Below, in pieces: positions 13,781 to 27,700 of a stretch of DNA of 64,000 nucleotides. The translations under genes were made by a program, and so were the position numbers. The DNA comes from Felis catus (Eukaryota). The notes beneath the pieces are model-generated. The model saw only the letters and a program-made list of their open reading frames with translations. It was not told the origin of the DNA and searched no databases. Position 1 is the first letter of the stretch. Each line of letters begins with the position of its first letter. The stretch lies in assembly GCF_018350175.1 (NCBI RefSeq), contig NC_058368.1, positions 186,808,001 to 186,872,000 of the forward strand, given 5' to 3'.

Positions 13781-14320
13781 TGTGATGACTTAGTAATGTG
13801 TCAACTTGACTAAACTGAACTACATTTTCCAGTATTCACTTTCCTGTATGCCTCCAATTAGGGTATGCTACAGGGATGATTCCTGGTTGATCTGGAAGTG
13901 GCTTCCATTATTTAGCTCCTGCACATATTTTCTATCTTCTTGCTTACTTTGTTTTCATGAAACAGTAACTAGAATGGAAACTGCTCTATGTTCCCCTGGA
14001 TCCTTTTCAGCTTGTCCAACTTCCAGGCAAGGTGTGCATGTGTAGGTTTATGATAAAGGACCTTGGCCTCTATAGGGAACTGTTGTCACCAAGGTCAGAG
14101 ATGAAGACTGACAAGATTTTAGTCTGTCTTGTAGATTCCAGGTCAAGCTTGTGTTTTCCAACTTGTTCTTGATCCCTCACTTTATATATATCTAACCTTA
14201 ACACAAAACACAAGAGACAGCAACTTTACAGAGATTGTTTAACCAGCTTCCACATTGCTTAAGGCCAATTTCCTGTTAAATCCCATGATCTTTCTATCCA
14301 TAACTGGTTAAGCTCTCCTG
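13781..14320 (+). mobile_element. MLT2-like ERVL LTR
   Basis: Starts tgtgatgacttagtaatgtgtcaacttgactaaactgaactacattttccag, resembling the MLT2 5' end. Confidence 0.6.
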
Positions 14321-14909
14321 GCAGCTATTTGAATTTAGGATGTGAGAAACTTAGTGCCTATAATCCTCAACTTTGGGCCTTACTGTTATTTCAGAGTAAG
14401 AGGCAAAAATCTCTCTCAATGTCCTGAATATTGAGGAATAAGGATATCCTCAATATCCTTAAATTTTATCCTGATGGCCATTGAAAGATTTGAGAATAGG
14501 TCATTACATAGGATTTGCATTTTAGAAAAAAGCTCTGCATTGTGTATGAAAAGTTTTAATGGAGACAAGAGACAAGATACGTAAATAAGATGCTCTTGGG
14601 GAAATCCAGGGCAGGGGGTGGAGGGAACATGCTAAGGACATGAAAAAAAGGACATAGACATTTAAGAGGCTGTGATGGAGATATTAGGAAATAAACTCAA
14701 CAGAATTTGGTAACATTTAATGTATTTCAGTTCATAAAGTGTTTGCATTTGAAAGAGAAAACAAGAAGAGGTGAAAACACACAGGAGGAAATTGCACACT
14801 GGGGCATTCAGGGGCCAAAGACTCCTAAGAGAAAAATATATTTAGAACACAGTTGTCTTACCAATATCTCTATACAGCCCTGCATCACCCTCATTTTAAA
14901 ATTAATTAT

Positions 14910-15062
14910 ATAGCTCCTTACAAATTTTGGCTCATGGACCAGCACCTCCTGCATCCCTAGGAGCTTGTTAGAAAGTCCCCACGTGTAACTTCCTGAGGCA
15001 AAAATCTACACCTTAAGGAAGACCAAATGAGTCACATGCACTTGAAAATTGGAAAAGCTCTG
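14910..15062. mobile_element. MER5A-like hAT-Charlie MITE
   Basis: atggaccagcacc...ggagcttgttagaaa...cacatgcacttgaaaattggaaaagctctg. Confidence 0.65.
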
Positions 15063-15080
15063 CCAAGATTCCAGCAGGCT

Positions 15081-15576
15081 ACCATTCGTGACAACATGCA
15101 TAGACTTTGAGGGCATCATGCCAAACAAAATAAGTCAGACAGAGAAAGATAAATACCGTATGATCTCACTTATATCTATCTATAGGTGATAGATAGATAC
15201 ATAATTGAGCTCATAGATACAGAGAACATATTGGGGTTTATCGGAAGTGTGTGGGGGGGGAAATGGCTAAAGGGCATCAAAAGGTATACATTTCCAGTTA
15301 TAAAATAAATAAGTCATGGGATGTAATGTACAGCATGGTAACTGTAGTTAATAACACTGTATTATATATTTGAAAGTTGCTCAGAAAGTAAATCTTAAAA
15401 GTTCTCATCACAAGAACAAAAATTTTGTAACTATTTATGTTGACAGATATTGACTAGACTTATTGTGGTGAACATTTTACAGTATATATAAATATAAAAT
15501 CATTACACTGTACACCTGAATGTTATACTATATTATACCTCAATTAAAAAAAATAAGTAAGTGACATTTTTTTAAA
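15081..15576 (+). mobile_element. L1MA-like 3' end
   Basis: Typical 3'UTR; TSD aagattccagcaggc (15065-15079) / aagattacagcaggc (15577-15591). Confidence 0.88.
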
Positions 15577-16369
15577 AAGATTACAGCAGGCCAGAGAAAT
15601 ATAAACAATGTTTTGCTCTCCCAACTCTTTAGAATAAAACACCCCAGACCAAAGAAATAATGGCTGACTATAAATGTTTAGAATATTCCCTCATCATTCT
15701 CAAAGCATCAAGGAAAATCTGCACAGTTTTCTATAAACTTATTATCCTTGATGTATATTTTAGCCTCTTCCTACTCATTGGAGCAGGTGGGACTCCTGAC
15801 GTCTTATCAATGCTTAAAATTTCGAAACATCACAACAGCCATGGATGTCAGTGGGATTTTCCAAAGCATTTGGCATACAGCAGATTTAGCACAACTCTGG
15901 CGATGCTAATAATAAAAGGCCTCCATTTGGGATACCTCAGAAACAGATGTAAAACATTATGTAGTTATAACTAGATTAAAGATGTTTCTTTTGATGAAGG
16001 TATTTTTTTCTGTTTTGTAATTTCCTCTTAATAATAGTAAGCAGAGAATAGATGAGGCTATGCATATCTCCAAATACTTTTAATGAGACCAAGGATGAGG
16101 ACTGGGTTTAAGAGTTAAGGTGTTGTGTTCTAAGCCAAGTCCTGGGTCTCCTGTAATCATAGGTAACACTAGTCTGTTTTGGCAGCGTTAATCTGAAGCC
16201 AATTCATGTCAGCTTGCCAGGAAGCAGTGCCTAGTACCATGCTCAGTAAGTAGTTATTGATTAAGATCTAAATAAAAGAGAAGCTATGATATACCTAGTT
16301 AATTTTCAATGTTATCCAACTAGACAAACTCCCTTTATAGTACCCTGCAAACCTTTGCCTGATCAACAA

Positions 16370-16740
16370 ACATTTCCAAATTCACCCCAGCTTATTCTCC
16401 ACTCCTTATTCTGGCCATGTGACTTTCTTTCATTTCCTCTAACATGCCAAGAGGATTGGTTCCTTCTGCCTGCATCATGCCTCTCCCCTTCCTGACTGTG
16501 CCTTTCCCTTGCTTCAGGTCTAAGCTTAAGCATTATATCTTCAGACAAGCCTTTTAACACCCCTTTTATCCTGCCTCCCAGGGTAGGTCTTCTAAGATTT
16601 TTTTTAAACTATCTTGTTCATTTCTACCATAGCATTTATTATAATCTGTACTTGTTTGTCTCTTTACTTCTTAGTCCCCTCTCTTAAATAAGGTCCATGA
16701 AACCAATTCTGTTTTATCCATCCAGAGCCAAGTACATAAT
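16370..16740 (+). mobile_element. L2 fragment
   Basis: Degenerate L2 3' region (atcttcagacaagcctt...catagcatttattataatctgta). Confidence 0.55.
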
Positions 16741-17390
16741 CATGGCTCAAAGGCAAACAATAGTTCAGAAATACATGTGGGCTATCCTACCACCAAAACT
16801 GAGCACTTATACCCATGCGTATCCATAGCTCCTTTTATGTTCTGTATGTTTATGTACTTAACCCTGTGTTCTTTTGTAAGTGTTTTGTGCTAATCCAGAA
16901 TGCGTGATTAGATTAATATCTCCTGGAGGAAAAACGTGTCTTAGTTTTGTTTTGCATAGCCTATTTGGAATAGTTCCCTGCACTGGATAGGCCTCAAAAA
17001 GGGTTATTTTAATGATGAATGAATTAGTCTGCTACACTGTAACTAGCTTGGATCTTACAGGAGACAGTTTGTTTTAAATCTCAATGTTACTTGGTAAGGG
17101 AGGCCAAGCGTCTGAAAAATTTAAGTTGACATGATTTCCTTCTTTTCCTCTAGACTGTTTTCCTTGTTCAGAATTAGAGAATTAAGTCATGTTTCTTTTT
17201 AACTATGATATTTGCAAAAGAAAATGGCAGAATGCTTATAGACATTAGAGATTTGAGTTAAATTGTTCTACAAATTTTTTTTTTTATACCCTGAGTGCTG
17301 TGGTTCACTGAGAGAGAAAATAAAGAAGAGGAGTATGATTGGGGGGAAAGGGGAGAAGACCTTTGGATGAACTTAACTTTTGTCATTTTT

Positions 17391-17595
17391 TTAATGTTTA
17401 TTCATTTTTTGAGAGACAGAGACAGAGCTCAAGCAGGGGCCAGGGCAGAGAGAGAGGGAGACACAGAATCTGAAACAGGTTCCAGGCTCTGAGCTGCCAG
17501 CACAGAGCTCAACGTGGGGCTCGAACTCATGAACCGTGAGATCATGGCCTGAGCCAAAGTGAGATGCTTAACCTACTGAGACACCAAGGTGCCCC
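17391..17595 (-). mobile_element. SINEC_Fc
   Basis: TSD aacttttgtcattttt / aacttttatcattttt. Confidence 0.95.
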
Positions 17596-18395
17596 AACTT
17601 TTATCATTTTTAAATGAATTATCCCTATGGCATCAAGTACAGTTATCCCATATGGGTAAGGAAATACTGGTCTGTAACTTCTGACACTGAAAAAAAATCA
17701 TGTTTGTCATCCTTTTCATGGGCTCATTCAACATTTGAGTGTTGACGTGTGTCAGGTATTATTCTCCAAAGGTATGTGGAACAAGGAAATCAAGGTGTCT
17801 GCCTACACAGTTATCCTAAGGGGGGAGAGATCAGTAATTAACATACAAAAAAGAACCAGATTATTCTGCATACTAATAAGTGACACAAATGAGGTAAAAG
17901 AGGGGGATGTCATATACAGAATGAGGGTGCTCCTCTAGCTTGGATGGTCAGGAAAGATTTTTACAAGGGAAGGACCTGTGAGCAGAAACCTAAATGATGA
18001 GAAGGAAACATCACGCTCTCCTAACCTCTTCCCCTACACTTCTTTCTCTCCTTCTCTTTACCTCATCCTGAATTCCAGTGAATGTCCACTTCTGAATGAG
18101 AAATGATGGAATCATATCATGTAACCTGACCATCTAAGAAACCTGCTTAGATAAAGGGGCAGTTGAGGGGATTATTTTGCCTGGGCAAACAACCTGTTGC
18201 TTGTAAGACTACTGGTGTGTCCTTCTTTCTGTAACCACGTATCTCATAATTTGGAAGGAAAGAAAGACAAAGATGAGAGGGGAAGAAAGTAGATCTTAGA
18301 CATGAGGGAGTGGAGTTCAGGTGACTACAAAACTCACAACTCAGCTCCTGATTGAAAATTCAGTGTGGTGAATTTAGTATTCAAAAGTGCATTAT

Positions 18396-18618
18396 GGGGC
18401 GCCTGGGTGGCGCAGTCAGTTAAGCGTCCGACTTCAGCCAGGTCACTATCTCGTGGTCCGTGAGTTCGAGCCCCGCGTCAGGCTCTGGGCTGATGGCTCA
18501 GAGCCTGGAGCCTGTTTCCGATTCTGTGTCTCCCTCTCTCTCTGCCCCTCCCCCGTTCATGCTCTGTCTCTCTCTGTCCCCCCAAAAATAAATAAAACGT
18601 TGAAAAAAAATTAAAAAA
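18396..18618 (+). mobile_element. Young SINEC_Fc
   Basis: CpG-rich, intact tRNA-like head, perfect TSD aaaagtgcattat. Confidence 0.97.
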
Positions 18619-20864
18619 AAAAGTGCATTATGTAATTTAGAGCAGTCCGATTTCAAGGAAACATTTTCCCCGCTGATTGTAACTATATCTTCCTAATACT
18701 TATACCACTGCGCAGAATGATATGACTTAATTGTTGCTCTTTTGTTGGTGTATTTGTTTAATACACTTTCTTTAATTATTTATACATTCACATGTACGCT
18801 TTTCTACATGTGTGTCCATGTAGTGAAAGTAGTTAAAAGCTGTTAAACAACTTAACCATTGTATCCCCCACCTCTTATGTTTTCTGTTTAATACCAGGCC
18901 CTGAGTTTAGCAGAGTGTTGATGGTGTTTAACAATATGCAATTGAAAATGGGCCCTGTATTGTCCTAATATTATCTCTTCTAACTGTATTGATATAGCCC
19001 CTAGCTCCTTACCTTCCTATCTCAGTGGAATCTTTTATGTCACTGAAGAGAGATCAACAAAAATTTTTCAATGTTGACAGGAAGAGGAATAATGTCTATA
19101 AAATTTCTAGTCCTTTTCTCATAAGAATCTTAAAATTTCATGAGATGGTCAGGATCTCAACCACTTAGCAAATTAGGTGGAATCCTGAATTTAGCTTTCT
19201 TATCAGTCATTTAATAAATTCTTGAATGTGCAGTACCACATTGTGTGTAAGAATAGGGAGCAGCAAACACTGCACTGGGCACTGACAAGAGGCCACCGTG
19301 ATTCTCAATGTGCTGAAAGGCATTTTCAGACCTCTGGACCTCTACATTACTAGTAACAAAAGAGAATGAACACAATTTTAAGAACAAGAACCTATGAGAA
19401 TGATACCGTCTGGTGGAGCATGCTGTTTGCCAACCATTGTGCTTAAAGCTTTTTACATTTTCGTATTTGAATCTCACAACAAATCCACAAATGACTACTC
19501 TTGTCCCTGCTATAGAACTGGACAGTTCTAGAAGGAAATTGCCATACTGCTTATCACCCTGCTATGGTGTAGGAGACACACGTCTGATATAGCCTCACTG
19601 AGGATCACATCACTCAGCCTGTAAAAAGCCACATATAACTTACGCTAATAGGATTAAGTAATGCTTCCCATGAATCTGAAACTGGCCTCATGTACTCTAG
19701 CCTATGCAATATGCCAATTTCCCATTACCAGACATGACAAAACTTAATGTTGCCTTCAAAGAAAGAAGTTAGCAATCATCTCCAATTATGCAACAAATTG
19801 GTGAGCTTGGCAGGTACTTTCTTTTTCCAGAAATCTGTCCTCAATTACAGAGCTCTTCCACTGTCAAAAGAAAATTACCACTTTTCTACATTTTAAAAAC
19901 ATTTCCCCGATATTAAAATGTCTTTAAGCCAGTTAAAATACAATTTATATTTTTTTAGTTTACTTGTCATTTTTAACATTGTCTCTGAAACTAATCACTA
20001 ATGAGATGAAGTATATTTATCATCATAACTAATCTCTATAAGTGTTTCTTATTTTTAAACATATCTTCATGCCTAGGTCCTACTTCCAGAGATTCTGATT
20101 TCATTAGTGTGAGCTGTTGCCGAGCATAGGATTTTTTTTTTTTTTAAGTTCTACAACAAACCTTTAGATTTTAGATTTAGCCTTTTGGATTGAGAACCTT
20201 GCCTTATAAAGCCTTTCTGAGAGGAAATAAAGAATAAAGACAGGCCTTCACAGAGGATAGCTTGTCTAAGTTCCCTCATTTGTAAAATGAGGCCTTTTAA
20301 TAATATTTTTTCAAACATCATTTAAGAAACAGATTTCTTTGTAAGAAAAAAAAAATCTAAGGAGTGAATTTAAACCAGAAGCTTCACTTTATAAAGCTGA
20401 TAAGATTATGACTGCTCTAATTCTCAGGTTGAATGTGGGGACCAGGCAGCATTTGGGGATTGGAAGGAAGATTACCTCAGCACCAAACCATTGTACTCAC
20501 CTACTTTCCTCTTCCTTCAGCCTGACCCAAATTTAAGGTAACCTTTCTACTTCCTGGCACACACAGGTATTGATAATATTTGTGTAACTTGCTGAGGCAA
20601 ATGGGAAGGCTGCTGGCAGAACAGGTTGAAACTAATGGCTTAGGAGCTTTAGTTGCCACTCAGGGCCACTCCAGGGCTGACATGTGGAAGATTTGGGCAC
20701 ATCTGTAGCCAATTTGTGGGACCCTAGCTAGAAATCGGCTCTGCCTCAAGACACAGACCTCAAACCAAGGGCTCCTAAGAGCACCATTTCAAAACCACTA
20801 GGTGGTCTCTCAGCCCTCTTTGGGGCCTGAAAATATATGGCCTAGCAAACAGCAAGTGCATGTT

Positions 20865-21620
20865 GATTTATTCATTCATGCAATAAATATATTTTGATGA
20901 TCTACAGTGAAATACTCTTATAGGTGTTGGAGATATATTGATGAACAAAACAAACCTGACCCTTGCTCTCAAGGGATTTTCAGTCTACTGGGGGAGGCAT
21001 GCTAACAAATAAGGAATACAGATAAAGTCCTATAATTATGATAAATGTTACAGAAGCAAGGTGCGAGAATAACCGTATGAGGTCTCAGTCAGGGAGGTCA
21101 GAGACAGCCACTCTAGGAGGGGGACATTTATACGAAGTTGAAAGAGTGTGAATAATTAGCCCCATCAACATGGATGTGTAGGTAGTGCTAAGAGAAAATG
21201 GATTTTATGAGAAAGAACAGCATTTTCAAAGACTGAGATAGAAAAGAACTTGCTGGGTTTAAGAAAATGAAAGTCATCCAGTATGGCAGGAGCTTGATGG
21301 GCATGTGGGAGAGTGGCCTGAGATAAAGGGAAAGTGCCCTTGGGGGCCCTTAAGGTCACAATGAGAATTTGTAACTCTTTCCTAAGAGCATGGGAACTCA
21401 TTAGAGGATGAAGATATTATGTGACGTAACCTTTGAAGTAGTCACTTTGCACATGATGGACAAATTGGAAGGGAACAAGAGTGAAAGCAGGGAAGTCCAC
21501 TTAGGTGTCTACTTCAGGAGCCCAAGAGAACTGTGGCTTGGTCCAGGGTTCTCATCAGGATGGACAAAGGGGGGTGAAATCCTCTTTAGAAGTTGAATCC
21601 AAAATACTTAACCTGCAGGG
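20865..21620 (-). mobile_element. L2 3' fragment
   Basis: ttcattcatgcaataaatat tail followed by degenerate antisense L2 sequence. Confidence 0.7.
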
Positions 21621-24600
21621 AAGGGGAAGATAAGGAAATCCAGCCTGTTGAATCCAAACCTCAAATTCATAGAGGCACTGAGAAAAAGCCTCCCCCATCG
21701 CCCCCACAGTACCATCCAGGCATATTACTGAATCACTGAGTACCATGGAGAGAGAAACTTATGGGTCTGAATTTTAATTTCCTGATCTGTTGGAAAGTTG
21801 GTATACAATCTGTCTTGACTACACAGGATTATTGTGAAGAAAAAGAATCACTGTTAGGAAGCCTTTGTGAAAATATCAAATGCAGTGAAAATGCCAAGAT
21901 GTTAGCTGTAGCATCATCCCAGTAGTGGAAATCACTGACATCACTTTCAAAAAGTTGTCAGGGGTAAATGGACAGATCATATTATACTGAGTTTCAATAT
22001 CTACACTATTCATTTCTCAATAAGTATTGATATCTTGGGCCTGGCTTTGTGATTTATTAGCTTAGTAACCTTGAAAATGCCAATAATATCAGGTCACATA
22101 CTATGTGCCAAACATTATGCTTAGAAAGCACTCTGTACACTTTACCTAATTTACTCCTTGAAATAATCAGGCGTGTAGAACTTGCCTTCATTTAATACAA
22201 AAGGAAGCTATATCTCAATGAGATAAGTTTACTTGATTCCACTCAATAATTAGAAGGGGTCTCTAGGTAGAGCCAGAATTCAAACCAGGCTCTCAGTACC
22301 AAGTTCAGTTCTCCATATTTCAGTTTCCACATCTTGACACAGATACGGTGCTTCTAGATTTATATGTTTGTTGGAAAGATCAATTTAAATAGCATATGTA
22401 GAAGGTATTTGTATACTACGGTACATTTTGGCAAATACATGAGGTTTAAGAAAGGTTACAACCCCTGCGTATTTTATTATATAAGATGGTCATGAACTGA
22501 ATGCTTATGAATCTGAGTGTCCAGTGCCCTACTGCTGAGTTCTGAAAGTATGCTTTTTCTTTAGTATCTTTGTGTACTTTTGCAAATGTCATTTATTTTT
22601 TAATCTGTGTTTCTTCTCCTGTGTCCTGTCTAAGGTGATCTTCTTGGGATAACTTGTTTTTGTCTGCCTCCAAATCTGTTATTTCAGAGCTGTCATTGAT
22701 GAGCTGGCAGCTTTTTAGAATGTCTTGAGAGGATGAAATTTGAGATTAAGGTCTTTTCTAGCAGTGAAGAATTGCGATTTCAAAATGTCTTCATAAATAC
22801 AAAACCCCAGTTAAGGTAACATCCTGTAGGAATTGGGGGGGGGGGATATCTTTTTCTCATATTTGACTGTACTCAAAACAGAAAACAGTTTGGAAAATAG
22901 GGTATTACCCAGATAATCTATAACCAAAGAACTTCATGCTTTTATTGAAAATATGCAATGGATCTTAAGTTGATTTAATGAAGCATATAGTTGATGAAAA
23001 GTTAACAGATAATATTTTCCTTCTCATATTTAGACATGTAAATGGCATCCCTGAGTATTTCAGATATGTTATTGGTTCATTGGTAAAGGCTATGGAAATG
23101 CACAAATACCTTATGTTTAGTCCATAAAAGGTTGTAAAAACTCAGCATCGCATAGAGCTGCAGCATATTTCATCCTAACTTTCACTGGGCACGTGGGTCC
23201 CTTGTGGAAGGCTTAGATGTCGATGGCAGTTCTTTTAGGATAAGGCCATGTTGGACTTGAGAAAAACCCAATTTGTGGTGAGTTTTATCACCATTCAGGA
23301 AGAACTTAAATTAACTGTCTGCTACTTCCATTTAAGGGAATATTGACACATTTCTAGGCTCTTCTAGATCAACTAAATCAGGCCAAATCCTCATCTAGGG
23401 AAGAAAACAATCAGTGTCTGGATTTCCCTAGACAAAATCTCTGCCTACATATTTTCTATACTCCCAAAAAGCGTAACCATAGTCATTTATGAACTTCTCA
23501 GGTACTTTGGAAAGTCTAAGGACAACTGAAAAACTGACGTTTTCATCAGCAATGAAAATCTCCAGGGAGTAAAGCCACTTACTTGCATATCTCTCTAACT
23601 GAGGATCTTATACTCTGTCTTTGAGTTATATAAACCTTGAGGATCAACACAATGGAGCTTAAGGTGAACATAGTGATGCAACATTTTCCAAGATTTCCAA
23701 CCCCCAACCCAGCTGTAATCACCAGATCTGCTGATCAGCCCAGACATTAGCAAAAGGCTAAGGTCTGACAATAGTCTCTGCACTGTATGCAACATGAAGC
23801 AAAAAAAGGACACACATCTTGTCCTCAAGGTTCTTGAGATTCAGCTTTAGAGAGAAGACACGTGCACAAATGAAATTCTGAGTATCTTGCAAGTAACAAA
23901 CAGGCGATGCCATAAATTCTAGTCAATTTGAGCTTCCCAGTTTACTCAATTAATATAAATAGCTACTGTTTATTTAGAAACGTTAACAGTAACCTTGAAC
24001 AAATAAAGACTAAGCTCAATTAGAAAAGAAAACAAGCTTCACACCAAAGTAGTCAAAATTGTACTAGTATGATTCTTTTTGAGTTGATGATTGAGGATGG
24101 GCAAAGTTGGGTAGGAGGAAAGAAGGGCTTTCCAGGTGAGGGATTAGTGACTGATGATACTGATGACAGCTTTTGAGCCCAGACCAACAGTACAGGAACT
24201 TAGACTGGAAGGAGGGAGAATGTGCTTAGGAGTTAAACAGTCTGTTTACTCTTGTTAGGTTTTAATATTTCATTTTTTAAAAATACTGAACTCCACATCA
24301 ACTTCTCAATTTTCCTTACAGAATGAGCATAGCATGGTTCTCATTGGAGCCTAGCCCACACTCTAAGCTGAGATTTAGACATGGGTATGTCTGGTGACGT
24401 TGATGTGGGTCTGACAGAAACCTCTGACTGCAACCAAGGAATCTTCAGATTCCTGAGCATTCTGAGGATTTCAATGTCAGATAGACTCAAATCTTGGTGC
24501 TGCCGCATCCTTGACCAAATTACTCTACCTTGCTAAACCTCAAATTTTTCATAAATGAAATAAAGATTCACTCAACTATCAAATATTTATTGAATAATGG

Positions 24601-25944
24601 CCCTGTTCCAGACTCTGTTCTAGGTGTTAGGGATACAGCAAGGGACAAAACAGAGAAAACTCTCTGCTCTCCTGGAGATGATATATCTGCTGTATGGGAT
24701 TTAGCTCAGATTAAAAGACAAAAAGCATTTAACATAGTGCCAAGCATGTGGCTAGTGCTCTGTGTCAGTAGTTGGTACTGAGTCAGGCAGATATGCATGG
24801 TTCAGTAAAGAGGAGGAGTACAATTATTACATAATTGCTACTTGAATACAAATCCCCATCATGGGTTTGTGCAACAGTGAATAAAGGTGAGGATCTGGAA
24901 CCTTGAGTGAGCAGCTAACTCACCAGGAATTTTGGGAGACACTGACTTCTTTGTTGGAGGTCATGTAGCAAAGTAGGCTACAAAAAAGGATAAAATCAAT
25001 CCTGCCTCTGTCTGAAACAGCATAGCTCCATCATCTTGGGGACATAGTGGGTCATGGCACCTATAGGTAGCTAGAGTGACAATGGAGGTAGTACATGGTA
25101 ATATTCAGAGAAAGCAAGCAGTGGAGCATATAGCAATAGCTGTGTTTCCAGAAGACGTGAAGATGCAAACTTAGGACATTCCCTAGAAGGGGACCAGAAC
25201 AAGTGGAGAAAACATAGTGCTCTTTTTGTGATAACTGACCAAACTTTTCACAAGTGACCTCTGTATAAAGAACATCTCTCTAGAAGTAGAAAGTCTGTAA
25301 AGCAGGTAGAAACTGTACTTGTCTTGATTCCTGCACAACACTACTAATGGTGCACACCGTCTCCATACGTGCTAGTATGATAAGTAGAATAAATGTTAAA
25401 ACAGTGCTATACCCTGGTTCTCCTGCTTATAAACAAATGTGCTGAAAAGAGACCTCTGTTGAAAGAAATGGCAGGTTTAGAGTAAAAATCACAAAATGTA
25501 TTCATGTGGGTATGTTTGGAGCAACAGTACAAAAAAAAAAAAAAATAACAATGATCACAGTGAACATAGAGGTTAATGTCTGCCCCTACATGAATATCTA
25601 GTAAATAGTAAATGGCCGAAAATGAATGAGATCAATTGTGGAGAAAAATCAATATGACCAGGCTGTGTGAGAGCATTAACTTTAATGGTTCTCATTTTTA
25701 TGTATAAATTCTACTTCAAAAAGAGCAATAAAACAAGTTAGGCTGGTCCTTTGCTATTTTTTCTTACATGATGGCTATATTTTTATGGTTCAACCTAATT
25801 CCTGGCCACATAGAACCAGAAAAACAATAGTTTTATTTCATGATTCCAAAAAACTGCTTTCACTTATTTTTCTGGTGAATTGGCCATTTTAAAATTAGAT
25901 TATTTACAATCAGCCTTGGTTTTGTTGTTATAATTAAATTCACA

Positions 25945-27700
25945 TATTCATCAAATACTTAATTTATTCTTTCTATGTACTATTATAGGCACTGTTATAG
26001 GCACTGAAGATACAGGAGTGAAATAAGGAAGGTAAGTTCCCCATTCTTATGGATACTATATTTTACGAGATGAGAAAGGTCATAAAGAAGAAGGCAAATA
26101 ATAATCAAGATGACCTCATAAATAATAATTCTATAAATAACAAAAATAAAGTAATGCACTAAGTAGAGTTTATGTATGGTAGAAGGGTGCTCATGCATAT
26201 GTACTATATGAAGTAGGGAGATCCAGGGAAAGTTCTCTGAAAAGGTCAGCTTTTGAGATGTGAAGGATGAGGAACCAGCTAGATGAAAAGATGTGGGAAG
26301 AATATTCTAGCAAGTGCAAATGGCAAGTAAAAAGCTCTGAGTCCAAAATAAATTTAGAGACAATAAATTCTTTTTTTTTAATATGAAATTTATTGTCAAG
26401 TTGGCTTCCATACAACACCCAGTGTTCATCCCAACAGGTGCCCTCCTCAGTACCCATCACCCACCCTCCCCTCCCTCCCACCCACCATCAACCCTCAGTT
26501 TGTTGTCGGTTCTTATGAGTCTCATATGCTTTGGCTCCCTCCCTCTCTAACCTTTTTTTTCCTTCCCCTCCCCCATGGTCTTCTGTTAAGTTTCTCAGGA
26601 TCCACATAGGAGTGAAAACATATGGTATCTGTCTTTCTCTGTATGACTTATTTCACTTAGCATAACACTCTCCAGTTCCATCCACGTTGCTACAAAAGGC
26701 CATATTTCATTCTTTCTCATTGCCATGTAGTATTCCATTGTGTATATAAACCACAATTTCCTTATCCATCAGTTGATGTCATCAGTTATGTCATCAGTTG
26801 ATGGACATTTAGGCTCTTTCCATCATTTGGCTATTGTAGAAAGTGCTGCTATAAACATTGGGGTACAAGTGCCCCTATGCATCAGCACTCCTGTATGCCT
26901 TGGGTAAATTCCTAGCAGTGCTATTGCTGGGTCATAGGGTAGATCTATTTTTAATTTTTTTGAGGAATCTCCACACTGTTTTCCCCAAAGGCAAGGGAAT
27001 TAAAAGCAAAAATGAACTATTGGGACCTCATGAAGATAAAAAGCTTCTGCACTGCAAAGGAAACAATCAACAAAACTAAAAGGCAACCAACGGAATGGGA
27101 AAAGATATTTGCAAATGACATATCAGACAAAGGGCTAGTATCCAAAATCTACAAAGAGCTCACCAAGCTCCACACCCGAAAAACAAATAATCTGGTGAAG
27201 AAATGGGCAGAAAACATGAATAGACACTTCTCTAAAGAAGACATCCAGATGGCCCACAGGCACATGAAAAGATGCTCAACATCACTCCTCATCAAGGAAA
27301 TACAAATCAAAACCACACTGAGATACCACCTCACACCAGTCAGAGTGGCTAAAATGAACAAATCAGGAGACTAGATGCTGGCGAGGATGTGGAGAAACGG
27401 GAATCCTCTTGCACTGTTGGTGGGAATGCAAACTGGTGCAGCCACTCTGGAAAATAGAGACAATAAATTCTTGAAACAGAAAGGTCAATGAGCTGGAGCA
27501 TGATGAAAAAGTGAGAGAGTAGTAACAAATAAGACTAGAGAGAGAGGAAAGGGCCAGAACATGGTACATTTTCTAGACCTTGGACACAAGATTACATTTT
27601 AACTTGAGTGCACTGGGAAACCAGGTGGTTTTAAGTCATCTATGAAATGTTTTACTTTAATTCTTAAATTGATTATTTTACCATTAGTGTAGACAATGGG
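25945..27700 (-). mobile_element. L2 fragment interrupted by the inverted L1 at 26373-27454
   Basis: L2-like sequence on both sides of the L1 TSD. Confidence 0.65.
26373..27454 (-). mobile_element. Young felid L1, 5'-truncated and 5'-inverted (twin priming)
   Basis: 3'UTR on minus strand 26373-26984; upstream ORF2 segment on plus strand ~26983-27454 (ORF 27012-27374); perfect 18-bp TSD tagagacaataaattctt. Confidence 0.95.

Noticed and set aside
18396..18480. tRNA gene
   Set aside because: tRNA-derived SINE head followed by a CT tract, A tail and TSD.
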